Part shown: one piece after another, positions 62,845 to 64,000 of the stretch | Position numbering within the stretch: position 1 is the stretch's first letter | Layout of the letters: each line of letters begins with the position of its first letter | NCBI RefSeq assembly: GCF_009914755.1 | Contig: NC_060930.1 | Reading direction: 5' to 3' (one strand) | Length of the DNA: 64,000 bases | From: the human T2T-CHM13v2.0 reference genome, Homo sapiens | Notes under the pieces: model-generated | Told to the model about the DNA's origin: nothing | The model's database searches: none | What the model saw: the letters and a program-made list of their open reading frames with translations, nothing else | Translations under genes and position numbers: made by a program

Positions 62845-63680
62845 GACTTTTATTTTAATTTATTGTTTAACTGACAAATAAAAAAGTATATATATTGGTG
62901 CAGTGATGGGCACCCGTAATCTCAGCTACTCTGGAGGCTGAGGCGAGAAGATTGCTTGAGTCCAGGAGTCTGAGTCTTTAAAAAGAAATTGTATCTATTT
63001 TTGTGTATAACCCATTGTTTTGAAATACATTTATATTGTGAAATGGCTAAATTGAGCTGATTAACATATGCATTACCTCACATGCTTATCATTTTGTGGT
63101 GAGAACCCCGAAAATCTATTCTCTTAGCAATTTTTAGAAATACAATACATTGTTACTACGTATAGTAACATGTTGTATAATAGATATCTTGAACTTACTC
63201 CTCTTGTCTAGCTGAAGTGTTATATCCTTTGACCAACAGCTCCCCAGTCTCCCTCTCCAGCCCCACAGCCCTTGGCAACCACCATCTTACTCACTTCTTC
63301 TACGAGTTCAACTTTTTTGCACTCCACATATAAATGAGGTCATGTAGTATTTGTCTTTCTGTGCTTAGCTTATTTCACTTAACATAATGTTCTCTAAGTT
63401 CATCCTTGTTGTCTCAAATGACAGGATTTTCTTTTTTAAGGCCAAACATTATTCCATAATGTACATATACCACATTTCCTTTGTCCGTTTATCCATTGAT
63501 GAACACTTAGGTTGACTCCATATCTTGGCTATTTGTGAATAATGCTGCAATGAACATGGAAGTGCAGATATCTCTTCAACATACTGATTTCATTTCCTTT
63601 GATATATACCCAGCGGTGTGATTGCTGGATCATATGGTAGTTCCGTTTTTAGGAACTTCCATAGCATTTTCTATAATGGC
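62845..63680 (-). mobile_element. L1MA-type 3' end with a nested FLAM/7SL-derived fragment (~62897-62976)
   Basis: Antisense L1MA 3'UTR (aacatatgcattacctcacat, ccacatataaatgaggtcatg, gtgcagatatctcttcaacatactgatttc); monomer fragment ctcagctactctggaggctgagg...ttgcttgagtccaggag. Confidence 0.8.
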
Positions 63681-64000
63681 TGATATGGTTTGGTGGTGTC
63701 CCCATCCAAAATCTCATCTTGAATTGTAATCCCCCTAATGCCCATGTGTCAAGGGAGAGACCAGGTGGAGGTAATTGAATCAGGGGGGCAGTTTCCTCCA
63801 TGCTGTTCTCGTGATAGTGAGTGAGTTCTCATGAAATCTGACAGTTTTATACATGTTTGGTAGTTCCTTCTGCTTTCCTTCTCCTTCCTGCCACCTTGTG
63901 AAGAAGGTGCCTTGCTTCCCCTTCCCCTTCTGCCATGATTGTAAGTTTCCTGAGGCTTCCTCAGCCATGCTCAACTGAGTCAGCTAAACCTCTTTCCTTT
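63681..64000 (+). mobile_element. THE1D-like MaLR LTR running off the window end
   Basis: Starts tgatatggtttgg; aatctcatcttgaattgtaatcccc; gtaagtttcctgaggc. Confidence 0.88.

Overview
Primate (human-like) genomic DNA. It is AT-rich, dense in repeats, and lies inside the EYA4 gene (eyes absent 4 transcriptional coactivator/phosphatase) on the + strand. The window starts in long intron 3 and holds eight coding exons (exons 4-11 by the usual numbering, recalled from memory), which encode R28-G324 of the P/S/T/Y-rich N-terminal region. It ends in intron 11, before the EYA domain exons. All eight exons have canonical AG/GT ends and splice into one open frame matching EYA4. The rest is intronic: 7 full-length Alus, solo LTRs (MER52, LTR10, two THE1, MER21), old L1/L2/L3/MIR/MER fragments, and a 3.08-kb young L1 ORF2 fragment. 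There is no prokaryote-type system such as a CRISPR array or operon. The most unusual observations are: (1) a tail-less, TSD-less, microhomology-bounded L1HS-like insertion, suggesting endonuclease-independent capture; (2) a ~125-bp non-TE inverted copy of nearby intron 6 sequence that splits a MER3 element and creates a candidate 10-nt poison microexon; (3) an LTR10 AP-1 VNTR whose units are also sense-strand 5' splice sites upstream of exon 4; (4) alternative splice sites and RBFOX motifs around exons 5, 6, 8, 9 and 11; (5) a tail-less Alu with a TSD, a twin-primed L1, and several perfect palindromes. Repeat subfamily names come from memory of consensus sequences and need RepeatMasker confirmation.
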